Assembly: GCA_028023455.1 (NCBI GenBank) | Contig: JAQFVV010000002.1 | Span: 6,696,001-6,760,000 of the forward strand | DNA length: 64,000 nucleotides | Direction of reading: 5' to 3' | From: Epiperipatus broadwayi | Lineage: Eukaryota; Animalia; Onychophora | In this document: positions 13,542 through 25,249 of the stretch, piece by piece | Layout: each line of letters opens with the position of its first letter | Position numbering within the stretch: position 1 is the first letter of the stretch | Made by a program: the position numbers and the translations under genes | Notes under the pieces: model-generated | The model's input: only the letters and a program-made list of their open reading frames with translations | Databases searched by the model: none | Told to the model about the DNA's origin: nothing

Positions 13542-16500
13542 CTAAGCTTTCCCATAATCTGCTCCATCCCATTTCCACAACATAATCTTTGTCAACTCTA
13601 CAGCCCTTATATCTAAATGCCCCTTATCTTTTCCCAAGCCCAGCATAAAAACCAATAACTCACTTTCTGTATAATCACTTTGTTCATATTTATTCTCCCA
13701 TAACTTCATTATTTGTACCCTTTCTACTTTTAAGCATTTACATTCAATCAATAGCTGTCTAATATTTTCTATACCTTCCTTACACAATTTGTATAGAAAA
13801 TCACCCATATTTTTCCATTTATATGTATATTCTCTTGTTGCTAAAGATCCCATTCGAGCCTTAAACAATAAACTACTTTCCTTACTATTGTCATAAATTA
13901 ACTCGCACTCAATGTTCTGTTTACCTCTATATATATTTAAACTCTTCTTACCCTCCATATTAGTTCTCCATCTCTCCAACTCCCTATTCTTTATTAGTGC
14001 ATCTATTCTTTTATCCCATTCCTTACCACTATAATACTCAACAATCCTCCTAACACAATCATCCCACCTTTTATACAAGTATACTGATATAAATTCTTTA
14101 TCCAAATCTTTTGCATACTGCATTACCTTTCTCACCCATCTTGTTACCTACCCTGTACTCATAACCCAATTAAACACTATTTTGGCTATTCTTTTACTAT
14201 CTATAAACTGCAACCTACCAAACATGTTCATTTTACTTTTTGTATCTCTCATATAAAAACTTGACCATCCCATTTCTCCTTGAATTGCCTCATTGCTGTC
14301 CATATGTCTGCATCTAATGCATGTCTTCCTACTTCCCTTTGTACTTTCTCTAAATAATCTAAAACCCTTTTACTAACACATAATGCATCATTACCATATG
14401 TTAACCCTGTTACTGCAACTCACTTCCATACAAAACTAGCTACATCATATTTATTATATGAAAACAGTGTTAATTTCTTTATCAATCCCTTTCTTTTCTT
14501 TGCTTCATTTATCAATTTTTTTTCCCATTCATCCAAATAATTTTTCTGATTACTTAAAATAATCCCCAAATAACTATATCTATTCACCACACTTAACTTA
14601 ATATCTCCCAATAAAAATTCTACATCTTCTCTTTCTCCAGTATGAACCATCATTATATTTGATTTTTCTTCACTAAATTTAATCTCCATTTCTTTACCCA
14701 CCCTTGTACATGTCATCAGCATAACTTCCATATCTTCTCTTCTTTCTGCACACAAAAAAATATCTGCAAAAAAAAAAAAACCTGACAAAATATATACTCC
14801 CTTACCACGTATTAACAGTATCTCTATCCCCCTTCCTAATCTTTCTATTACTCTTTCCATTTCACTTAAATATAACACAAACAAAATAGGTGACATAGGG
14901 CATTCTTGCCTTAGTCCTACCCCATTTTTAACTTTAACTGATTCAATATTCTTTAATTGATATATATAATAATTATTTTCATATAATTTCTTAATAATAT
15001 CCACTAAAGCTTCATCCATTTCCAAATTTGCTAAACTTAACCATAATCTATTTCTATTTACTCTATCATATGCCTTCTCTATATCTATAAAACTCATATA
15101 TAACTGTTTACCTGAATTTCTACTCATATCCATAAGTTGTGTAACTACAAATAAACTATCTCCTATATGCCTATCTAATCTAAAACCTTGCATTTCTCCC
15201 ACTACATTATTCCCTTTCATCCATTTTACAACTCTTCTAGCCACCATATATGAAAAAACTTTTATATAAAACTGATCTTACCACTATCGGTGTATAATTA
15301 CTTAACTTTCTATGATCATTACTCTTTCCTTTAAATAATAATATTACTCTTGTATTATTCCAACTACTGGGAAAAACTATATTCTGTGCCATCTTATTAA
15401 AACAAGATAACTTTACTTTTGCCCTATATCCTAAATTCATCACCATCTCTGCTGCCCATCCAGCTAAACCTATTGCTTTTCCACTTTTCAATTTCTTCTC
15501 TACCTCATTCAGTTCATTTTTTGTAAACCTAATATTTCTATTACTATATGCTTTCATGTTTTCTATCACTCTATCCTTCACATTTAACTTTTTTTTTATA
15601 TTCATTATGTATTTATTTAAAATTCTCTCTAAATCTTCTCTAGAGCTACACTCTATTACCCTCTTCATCTAGTAATACTATCTCTCTCTCCCCTACATTT
15701 TTCCTTTTAATGTAATCCCAAAATGTTTTACTCCCATCTCTTCCACTTTTATTAATGTCCTCCAACAATTTACTATTCAATTTCATCCTCTCTCTATAAT
15801 TATCTATTTTAGCCAACTTCTTTTTTTCTAAGTATTTTTCCCATTTAGCATTAATATCTTTTTCACTTTCCTTGTACTTAATAGCACACTTGTATTCTCT
15901 ACATGCTTCTTTCCTCTCTTTTACACTTTTACTAATTCTTATTTTTTAATTTCTTTTGTTCTTTTGAATATTCTCACCTAAAACCCTATTTGCCACTTTT
16001 TCTACTTCTTTACACCAGTCCTTATACTCATCCCCAACCAACTCTTCCATTATATCTTCAACTTGTATTTTATACTCTTCCAACTTATTTTTATCATTCA
16101 CTCTCCATCCACATCTTTCACTATTATTTCTACTTTTATTTCTATTCTCCATCACATTAGTAACCATTTCAATTACAATAAAGTTATGATCACTATTACA
16201 TACTCTCTTTTCATTATCAATCACCTTCATTTTCTGTATTTTATTCATTCCCTCTTTACCAATACATAATCTATTGTATGAAATATATTATTTCTAGACC
16301 ATGTGTATTGTCCCTCATAAATATTTAATAAAATTTCCAATACTCAAATTCACTTTCTGACAAAATTTCTTCAAAAGCTGTTCATTTTTATTATCTACAT
16401 CATCAATTTCTTTAATATGTCCATTCATATCCCCTATAACCATTATTCTTTTCCCATTTTCTTTAAAACTTTGTATATTCTTAACTAGACATTCATATAT

Positions 16501-16860
16501 GTTACTGTTCCACTCCATTATAATTTGACTATCTCCAGTGGCTATATAAACTCTAGCCACCATCCATTCTTGTCTACACAACCTTATTTCAAACCACAAA
16601 TGTTTTTGACATTTAACAAAAAAATATTTTTTTGATATAACACCTATACTACCACCCCTCTTTTCTTTTTCTTTTCTATTTATACTCTGCCATACCAACT
16701 GTTCCAAAATAAGTTATTCTTCTCTTAAATGTGTTTCCACTACTGCTAATACCTCAATTGTTTTATTTAATTCCATCCGCTTTTCTGGTTTCCTACCACC
16801 TTGCATATTCAAAAACCCAATTTTAACAATTTCTTCTTTCCTAACTACTTTTTTATAAAT
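13542..16860 (-). mobile_element. APE-RT non-LTR retrotransposon ORF with C-terminal Cys/His-finger remnant, inactivated
   Basis: IGFLNMQG..LAVVETHL (about 16700-16830), RGGSIGVI, VIGDMNGH, NSDHNFI, KSGKAIG, FIDIEKAYDRV, GLRQECPMSPILF, FFADI, YSYLGI, KLCKEGIENIRQLLIEC. No ORF1 is seen upstream; clade not assigned. Confidence 0.88.
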
Positions 16861-17106
16861 TCTTTTTAAAAGTACCGTAAGATTCTGCCCTCTCTTGAAT
16901 TATTTTATAAGTAAAAAAATCAATAAATATAGGCGTTCTAAGTTTGAACAAAGAGAAAAGCCACACCTTTGTAAATTCTGATTGGCTGCTTCGATTTTTG
17001 CCAAACGAAATTAATTTTCATAGCTTCAACTTCTGTTTTGACTTTGAAAACAAAAATTAATAGTAATAAAAAAAATCGTGCGACTTGTTTTAGTCTGGAT
17101 TACGAA

Positions 17107-17442
17107 TGCTTTTCTATTTTAAACTAAATGTTTAATTTTGATAAGAAAGAGAAATAATCCTAGAGCAAACACATAATATGTGTTTGTATATAACTGAATA
17201 AAAATTTTAAAAAAATATTAAATAGTGCAGTAGTTTAATTCTTTAAAATTCATTACAGAGTGAAATTTTAATCCAATCACTGCTTTTCTATTTTAATTTT
17301 GATAAGAAAGAGAAATAATCCTAGAGCAAACACATAATATGTGTTTGTATATAACTGAATAAAAATTTTAAAAAAATATTAAATAGTGCAGTAGTTTAAT
17401 TCTTTAAAATTCATAGCAGAGTGAAATTTTAATCCAATCACT
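17107..17442. repeat. Tandem duplication (174 bp + 162 bp)
   Basis: 17107-17280 is repeated almost exactly at 17281-17442 with a 12-bp deletion. Confidence 0.92.
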
Positions 17443-17701
17443 AATATATATTTGTAGTTAGATGCATGTTTCTTTTTATCATTAAAAACATAAAATGATT
17501 TCATGTCATTACGTTTGAGGTACATAACATCTAATTGAATAATTCTCAGTATAATAAAGAAAACATTTCTACGGACTAGTACATTTGATCTCCAATAATA
17601 GTGAAGCAAATGCCTATAAAATGATGGAAGCACAATATATTATTTTTTTACTATAACAAAGTCTAAAGATGTTAATATAAAAATATATGTTAAAAATACT
17701 T

Positions 17702-17763
17702 TTAAACAGGCAAAACTCTCCCATACAGTAGTAGAAATTGTGATCATGTGATGTTTAGTGGTT
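17702..17763 (+). mobile_element. 62-bp insertion related to HHR family 2, with 12-bp TSD
   Basis: TTAAAAATACTT at 17690-17701 and 17764-17775. The insert is an inverted piece of the 56-kb element plus its 3' end GTGATCATGTGATGTTTAGTGGTT. It is absent from the homologous site near 40160. Confidence 0.8.
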
Positions 17764-17813
17764 TTAAAAATACTTCCCAATCAACAGTTGTGACATTTAA
17801 AATTTAATAACTA

Positions 17814-18084
17814 TTTGGAGTGTGGAATGTGGAGTGGATTGAAGCCTGTCCATTAAACTATGAGGATAGTCTATCTTAATATATATCTGAGCACTTATAC
17901 TATATATGTGTGTAAAGATGATAGTCTGGACCAACTGATGATTGCTGGTTTAGCATGAAATACGTATATTGGTGATTATTTATCTTTTCAGCATATATGT
18001 GTTTAGGTGTATCAGTGTTATTAGATAGAGTGGAGAGAGGTGGGTGGTGTGAAAGTCTGTGCTCATATACCCTATATTACATAT
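17814..18084 (+). mobile_element. HHR family 1 repeat copy (271 bp), candidate TSD ATAACTA
   Basis: Homologous to the 38-39 kb and 46-47 kb copies. ATAACTA at 17807-17813 and 18085-18091. Empty site aattta-acgacta-gttctatg at 40195-40215. Confidence 0.85.
17930..17973 (+). ncRNA. Type I hammerhead ribozyme motif (family 1)
   Basis: ACCAA CTGATGA T TGCT GGTTT AGCA T GAAA TACGTA TA / TTGGT: stem I 5 bp, intact core, stem II 4 bp with a T.T closing mismatch, palindromic stem III ATACGTAT, AUA cleavage triplet ending at 17968. Confidence 0.85.
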
Positions 18085-20599
18085 ATAACTAGTTCTATGA
18101 ATTATTGGTGAAAAATAATTTTACCATTTCTTTTAATAAGTACTACAAAAATATTTTTATATAGTGAATCCATGAACCACATTATATTAGCTTTTCCTCT
18201 TCTGTACTAATGTATATAGTATACAATAGTTCATATTTTATTGATAAACATATTGTTTATTGAACAGCAAAGGTATAACACTTTTCAACACAACACATAC
18301 AGGTCTTTAGCACAGATGCTTTTTTTATATGTATAGTATGGAAATATAAATTATAGTATAAACCAATATAAAAATATATAGTTATTAATAATAAGTTGAA
18401 AGGACACATTTATATATATTTAACTAAGGTGTGTTCACCTATGAATTCATTCACTGAAACAATAAGAATAAGAAAAAATAACTACCATATTTTTATTTTT
18501 AAAATAAAATAGTTAAAATGTCTGATTTTTGTTGGTTTTATACAGTATTTAATGTATGCATTTGTTTTAAGGTTAATTTTAATGTGAGAAAAATATGCTC
18601 TGGATATTTTTTATTTAATAACTTTTTTCTCTTATACAAATATAATAATGGTCTTGGTATCAAGAAATTAGGACCTTTTAAATTGATTTGATGTTTTTTA
18701 AATCAGTATCAATTTTTAGTATGTTCTAAAATTTTGTAAAACTTTTAGCATTATGCTAAGAAAATAGTTTATTATACAAAATATTGCACATCAAATTGAG
18801 AAAAAAATAAAAATAAAGTGCATGTGCTTTCAATATAAACAAAGAAATATGCTCAATATATATAATTATTTTTATGGTGCTCTGAGATAAAAAAAACATT
18901 GCTACAGGCATAATGTAAAATTTATTTACAAATTTCACTTTTAATGTAATCATGGCACTCAGAAAAGGAAAAATACTGCTCAAACATTATAAAATTTGGT
19001 AATTTTATTTTATTTTTTAAAAAAATTTTGTTTGTTTGTTTACATTTCTTAATTAATAACAGGTTGAATGCTTATAGCGCATCAGGCAGTTGTGGCAGCT
19101 GATTCATTGAAATTTTGTTCTCTTTTTTAAATTGCACAAAAACTATAAGCATGACATCAACAGAAATCCCAGAATTTGTTGCTGCTTAATTCTGATCTTT
19201 AAAATGATATATCACAATTTGAATTGAATTTTTTTATTAACAGATTCATTTATTTTTTTTCTTTTCTGGTCAGTTTACTAGTTTACATGAGGATGAGAAA
19301 GGTAAAAAATCTTTATTGGCCTTATTAGTTAATAAAATGGATTAAAAATGCTCTGATGATTCACATTTCAAGGTCATCAATGTGATATAAATGTAATCAC
19401 AGAATATCAGGAATATGGTTGTAAGTATTCAATTTTAATTTTTTAATTATTTGAATATTTTAAATTTTTTTTAATTATTTGATAAATGGTATGATTTATT
19501 AATTTGTTTGCATTAGTATATAAATTATATAATATTAAATCATTTGTGCTCTTTATTACATAGTATATATATATATTTGTATTCAAATAAAACAAAAGTA
19601 GTTTTTGTACAGTGTAATTTTGAGTCTCTGATCCAAGTTTGAGGCAACCTTATTTCATAGACATAATGATTCTCAAAAGGTTTAATAATTTATTAAGGTG
19701 TTTATATTTGTATTTGCACTTGCATGTTTGTGTTTGTATAACAAACAAGTAATGATTTACATATATAGAGCAGTGTAATGTAAATTTTAAGACTGATTAT
19801 CAAAGATACAGAAAGGTTGCAGTTGATAACACTTAAACAAATAAAGAGATTTTAAATGGTTTATATGTAGTGATAGCTACAATGGTTATGCATATACCAC
19901 ATGCAATTGTATGCAGGCAAAGAATCAAATACAAGATAGCATCACTGGTGTGCATAAAGAATATAAACATCACTGATATACACAAAAAATATAAAATGAA
20001 GAGATGAAACATTTTATCAGTGATATAGACAGTAGCCTACAATTTCTAGTTTTAGATAGACAATAAGCCAATTGCTATGATGACAGATGCATATTCACCT
20101 TCTGGAAATGATTTGTGTTGTATCTTATTAGAATGAATCTTTTTCTTATAGACATCTTGAGATTTGTTAACTTTTGGAATACAAGATAAAAATGAAGGAT
20201 TTTTATGTGACTAGTTTTGGAGATTCTGAAACTATGGATTATATCAGGTAAGAAGTAGCATATATGGTTTGTAAGATAATTTTGTGAGGAATACAAAGAA
20301 ATTATCAATGAAGATGTAATTTAAACTTAATTAATGATAAATTAGAAATTATGATCAAACAAAATAATAATTTTGGCTGTTGAAATTTCTTTTTTCTTTA
20401 TTTTTTAAATGGTAATCATTATTTGTCTTAGCCTTATTGGTTTCCTTAGTCTTTTTATTTTCAGTCAATATATAGCATTTTTCTCTAACATTATTAAAAC
20501 TGATGTTATTATGAAAATTGTGTCTCAAGTCAGTTTTTTTAAAAATTCAATATGCTGCCTGGAAAGTTAACTAGTTTTAAACAACAAAACAAACAATTT

Positions 20600-23500
20600 T
20601 TTTTAAGAAATTCATTTGCATGGGAGCACAGGTTTTAGGAATCTGGCATTATAGGACCTCTGATCTCCTGCCCTGTATCTACCAAAAATGCATTGTTCCA
20701 TTGGCATTGCACAATAGTGAATGCACCTTCATACAGATTACATAACTTTCAGCATACAAACTTCCCAGGATAACTCACATGAGGTATCTTTATCATTACT
20801 CTGACACCTATCTTAAATCTATACAGGGCTCCTACTGGTCTTTTGTTTCTTTTTTGGCACCATTTGAGAAGAGTTTGATATGCCTGCATCATATCAATTT
20901 TGAGATCTATGGGAAGCTCTTCATCCCTGGTAGGGTAGTCTTTATCAATTTAGGAGCAAGCTTAATGAACTGAAACCATGCAGGTGAAAACCCAGTCAAT
21001 TCATTAATAGTCAAATTGATATAATTTGACTATATTTGGAATTTGATTGACCTAATGCCAGTGATTTGTTGGAATGTGGTTTCTAAATAACTGCCCCAAC
21101 TCATACATGACCTGTTCATAAAAGTTAGATTGCAGGTTGCAAATGGACATTAATATGTGTTTGATACATAATCCCTGGATCCATTTTCATCATTCTCCAG
21201 ATACAAATGGCATACCATGATCGATAGAACCTGTGGTTTTCCCACAGATGGAAAATGCTTATTTCCTAACACATGTATCATGTTTCTGGCATTTTCTGAA
21301 TGACCAGGTATGCAGCCACAAATTTGGAGAATACGTCATATACTACAAGATACCTCTTTATTGTATGCCAATAATAGACCATAATAATCTATAGCCATCA
21401 TCTCTCACAGTCTCTCTGGGATCATTGATATCATAGGAGCTGCATAACTTCTGTTTGCTGGTTTGCCTTTCTGACAGATTTTATACTGGTTTACTACCAT
21501 GATAACCTTACTATGTATACCTAGACAATAGAATCACTTCCTAAGCCAATGTTCAGTTTTGATTGTACCATAGTGTCCATATAATTGGTGGACATGAGCT
21601 ATGACTGCCTCTCTCATTTGTCGAGGTATGACAGGCTTCCATTCCTCAGGATCATCGAGTCTTATATTGTAATACATGTTGGTTTAGTTTATAATGCCTG
21701 ATATTATTGCCTTCTCATACTATGGTCGTGGTTTCTTTCCCTTCTAGCCATTCAATTAATTGTTTCAATTATATATCCTCTCATTGGTGTTGAGCCAACT
21801 ATTTGAGATCTCTTTCAACTTTTTTATTTATACTAAGGCTTACACCTGCTATATATAAGTTCTCCACTAACCCTAACTCTTTGCAGTGCCTCAAGGTATA
21901 ATTGTATTCTTGAAGATACAAAATCCAGTGCACCAACTGACTATTGGTTCAGTGGCTGTGGTTTATAAATTCCAAGCTTTTATGGTCCATGAAGATGATT
22001 ACTTCTCATCTCAGTAAGAGTGTACGAAACATTTGGAATGCCCATATGATTACCAGGGTTTTTCTGTGGTGTAGTTGAGTTCTGGCCTTTTAAGTAACTG
22101 GCTTATAAAATACAATATGCCTATTTGGACATTCACTTGCACTTGAGATAATGTCACTCCCAGCCCATACCCACTACTATCCGTTTGCATTATAAACTGC
22201 TTTATAATATTGGGAAATGCCAGCATAACATGTTCCACAAACCTTTCTTTAATAACTTTTTCAAATTCTTGATCTTGTTCCCCATGTCCATTTCCATGGA
22301 TAAACTTTATTTCCTTTACCAAAGGCTTCATCCATTCTGCAAATTGTTCTTGGAACCTGTTATAAAAGTTGAATAAACCCAAGAAGGACTATATTTGTTT
22401 CCTTGACCTGGATATAGGAAAATCCCTAATAGCTAAAACTTTATCAAGGTGAGGCCTAATACCTTGTGTTCCCACTACCTGGCCCAAAAATTTCAACTCC
22501 TCCTGAAATAACATATTTTTTTCCAAGTTCACATTAATATCCTTTTCCTTGCATTCCTTCAGAAACATTTCAACATCTTTTATGTGTTCTTCCACCTTAG
22601 CCAATGTGACCAACTCATCATCCATATACATCATGTTGAGATCTTTTATCTCAGCTGATAGTACTCTATCCAGGCATCTCAATAGTCCTGCCTCACTATT
22701 TATCAAACAAAAAGCCATCTGTTTTAATTGATATGAATAACCCTCATATTGAAATGTCATGTATTTATGGTCCTCGGGTGAAGTTTGATTTGCCCATAGC
22801 TTGCAGTCAAATCAAATGTTGAGAAAATTCTTTTTCCTCTGAACCTTCCTAATAATCTTTGCATTGGGGGTGGAACATTACAATCCAGTATTGTTACTGT
22901 GTTAAATTGACACACATCAAGGCACAACCTCACCGTACCATCTTTTCTTTTTTATAATCACCAGTGGGTTCAATATGCTGATGAGCATTTTGAGATGATC
23001 TCCCATTCCATCATCTGATCTATTTGTTCCTTAACCTCATTCCTATACTGATGGGGAATTGGATATGACCTTGATTTAAAGGGCTGATTTAGATACCAGT
23101 TATATGAAAAAATCTGACTGTAGTTTTCCAACATTTGTCTCAGTATGCTTTCCCAATTTTCCTTGGCTATCTTTGCCTCATGTACTTTTTCTATGATAAC
23201 ACAATCCATTGGCTTTTAAGTAAGGTGTAACACCCATATTGAGCTGTATAGTATCTAGAATTAAAAAATTAATTGTTTCTTCTCTGCATGTGGCCTGTCT
23301 ATTTCTATAATCCAAAGAGCACTTATATTTATGTAGAAATCTGACCCTCATAAGGCATTGTACATTAAGCCCTTAATAATTAAGAACACATGTGGTAAGT
23401 TTTTTTCATTAATTTTGATGTATAGCCATATTTTTTAGGTTCCACCTTGGCTTTCGATTATTGGCCATTGTCACTTGGACTGACTTTAATGGGAGAGTGG

Positions 23501-24330
23501 GTACATATGGTTGCTCTTTCACAATTATGTGATGCAATCTTTTTGCTATCACTGAGATTTGACTTCTTGAGTTTACAAGTGTCTCCACTTTTATCTGACC
23601 CACAGCTATGAGGATTTTGGGACATGTATGTTATTGAGCATAGCATAAGATCTGTTTTTTCCATGAACACACTGAGTTTTCCACTTCCTTTTTATTCTGG
23701 TGGTACCTAGTGTTGCCTCATTTACCTTGCCTGAATTCCTTTTATTTAATGAATCCCTGCCACTTCTATCGTCATAAATTTTTGATCTTCAATTTGTCAC
23801 ATTTGTTTATTGCATTCAATGGACCCAATATTCTATCTGTCTCTTTCACTGATCTGTCATTCCACTTTCCTAACATTCATTTTATTTCCCAAGATAGGTA
23901 TCTATATACAATCCCTACAATTTGTGTTTTTGTAAGTTCACAAGCTTCTAATAACTTCAGCATGCCACCTGCCTTCTGAAAACTGCACATACTCTCTCCA
24001 CTGTCTTCCTAAAACTTTTGTTTCATTAGCTGTGATCTAATATTCTCTTATTGTTCTTCAGTCCAGAAGGTCTTCTTTAGGGCCATTTTATAGTCTGAGA
24101 AAGTTTGCGGTTGATGTGAAAGTGAATTCCACCAAGTATTCTTTGAGGTGATTGTATGCTATCACTACTCTATATTCTTCCAGTATTCTGTAGCTATTGA
24201 AATATTTTTGTAAGCTATTATAATGCTCTATTGGGTCTCCTCCTTTACACCTCCATACTTTTTTATTTTCACCAATTCTCTATTCATTCTTCTATCTATT
24301 TATAATTACCTTATCTGGTTATTAACAGCA
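20600..24330 (-). mobile_element. Decayed Ty3/Gypsy LTR retrotransposon internal region (gag-PR-RT-RH-IN)
   Basis: VETLVNSRSQISVI (protease), PFKSRSYPIP, KDGTVRLCLD, YMDD (about 22617-22628), QTDSSGYGLGVTLSQ (RNase H), GHYGTIKT..ICQKGK (integrase zinc finger, about 21470-21580). RH-before-IN order is Gypsy-type. LTRs were not found; boundaries are approximate. Confidence 0.9.
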
Positions 24331-25249
24331 TACTGTTTCAGAATATTTCATTATTTCTTATATATGTATATAACAAACTAACCAAAGGAAATACATATAA
24401 AAACAAAAAAAAAGACTTATAAATCCAATAAATAATATAATATTTCAACCAGAGGACTGGTTTTCATTGTCATTTTTTAAGTTATACACATCATAATGTA
24501 TTTTTCTTACAGCATACGGATTTTATAAAAAGAGAGAATCTTTTTAGATTTTTAGCCTGTGATGGCCGTCATTTGAACATGTATGGAGCTAGATGTTTAG
24601 CGGACAGTTTTAAATATATAATGTCATTGATGGGATGTAACAGAGTTTATAATGTAAATTCAATGTTGAGTGTGAGGGAATATAGTTTTGCTAATGTTGG
24701 AACTCAAATGGAAGCTGTGTTGACATGTGAAATGGGGACGCAGACTGAGATATGTAATTTTCAGGAATCGCAAATTATTATACCGCATGATACTAACGGG
24801 ATCCTAGTAGATGTTGAACAATCTTGCTTGCCAGGGAATGTTTGGAGGAATCATTACGGGATAGATCTCCAAAAGTTTTTAAAAAAGATCATACTCAACA
24901 TAAAGATGGTTCTTTAGACCTTTCATTGGATGATATAATTTGTAACATTTCCAAACAGGAGAACTTTTTAATAATGACTATTTCTGATGTTCAACAGATT
25001 GATGGTTTTGCTGCTTCAGATCAACATATAGATGGTGGTAAAGGAGATCTGGGTAATTTAGAGGTGGGTGTAGTTAACCAAATAGATAATGGGTTGATAA
25101 TTGGCACTGATTTTAATACAATATCTAGCGTAGATACAGAGTTTGATATTAATAGGGATTATTCTAGTAAACAACATTTACAGGGTCTAACATTAATTAA
25201 TACAGGGGCAATCCCTAAACATTTTTTTAGACGTCTAAATAATAAGCAG

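Larger units (their letters stand above)
17100..18150 (+). repeat. Dispersed repeat homologous to about 39720-40270, here carrying two extra insertions
   Basis: Shared blocks such as tgtttgtata(t/c)aactgaataaaaat, tataaaat(g/a)atggaagca, aaaaatacttccc and actagttctatg. Confidence 0.85.

Noticed and set aside
17379-17633. ORF in the 17-kb/40-kb dispersed repeat as a transposase fragment
   Set aside because: No DDE or hAT motif could be supported, and the frame is not kept in the 40-kb copy.
19050-20255. Several AG/GTAAG-bounded short segments suggesting host exons
   Set aside because: No consistent open frame or recognisable product; splice-like motifs are frequent in AT-rich DNA.
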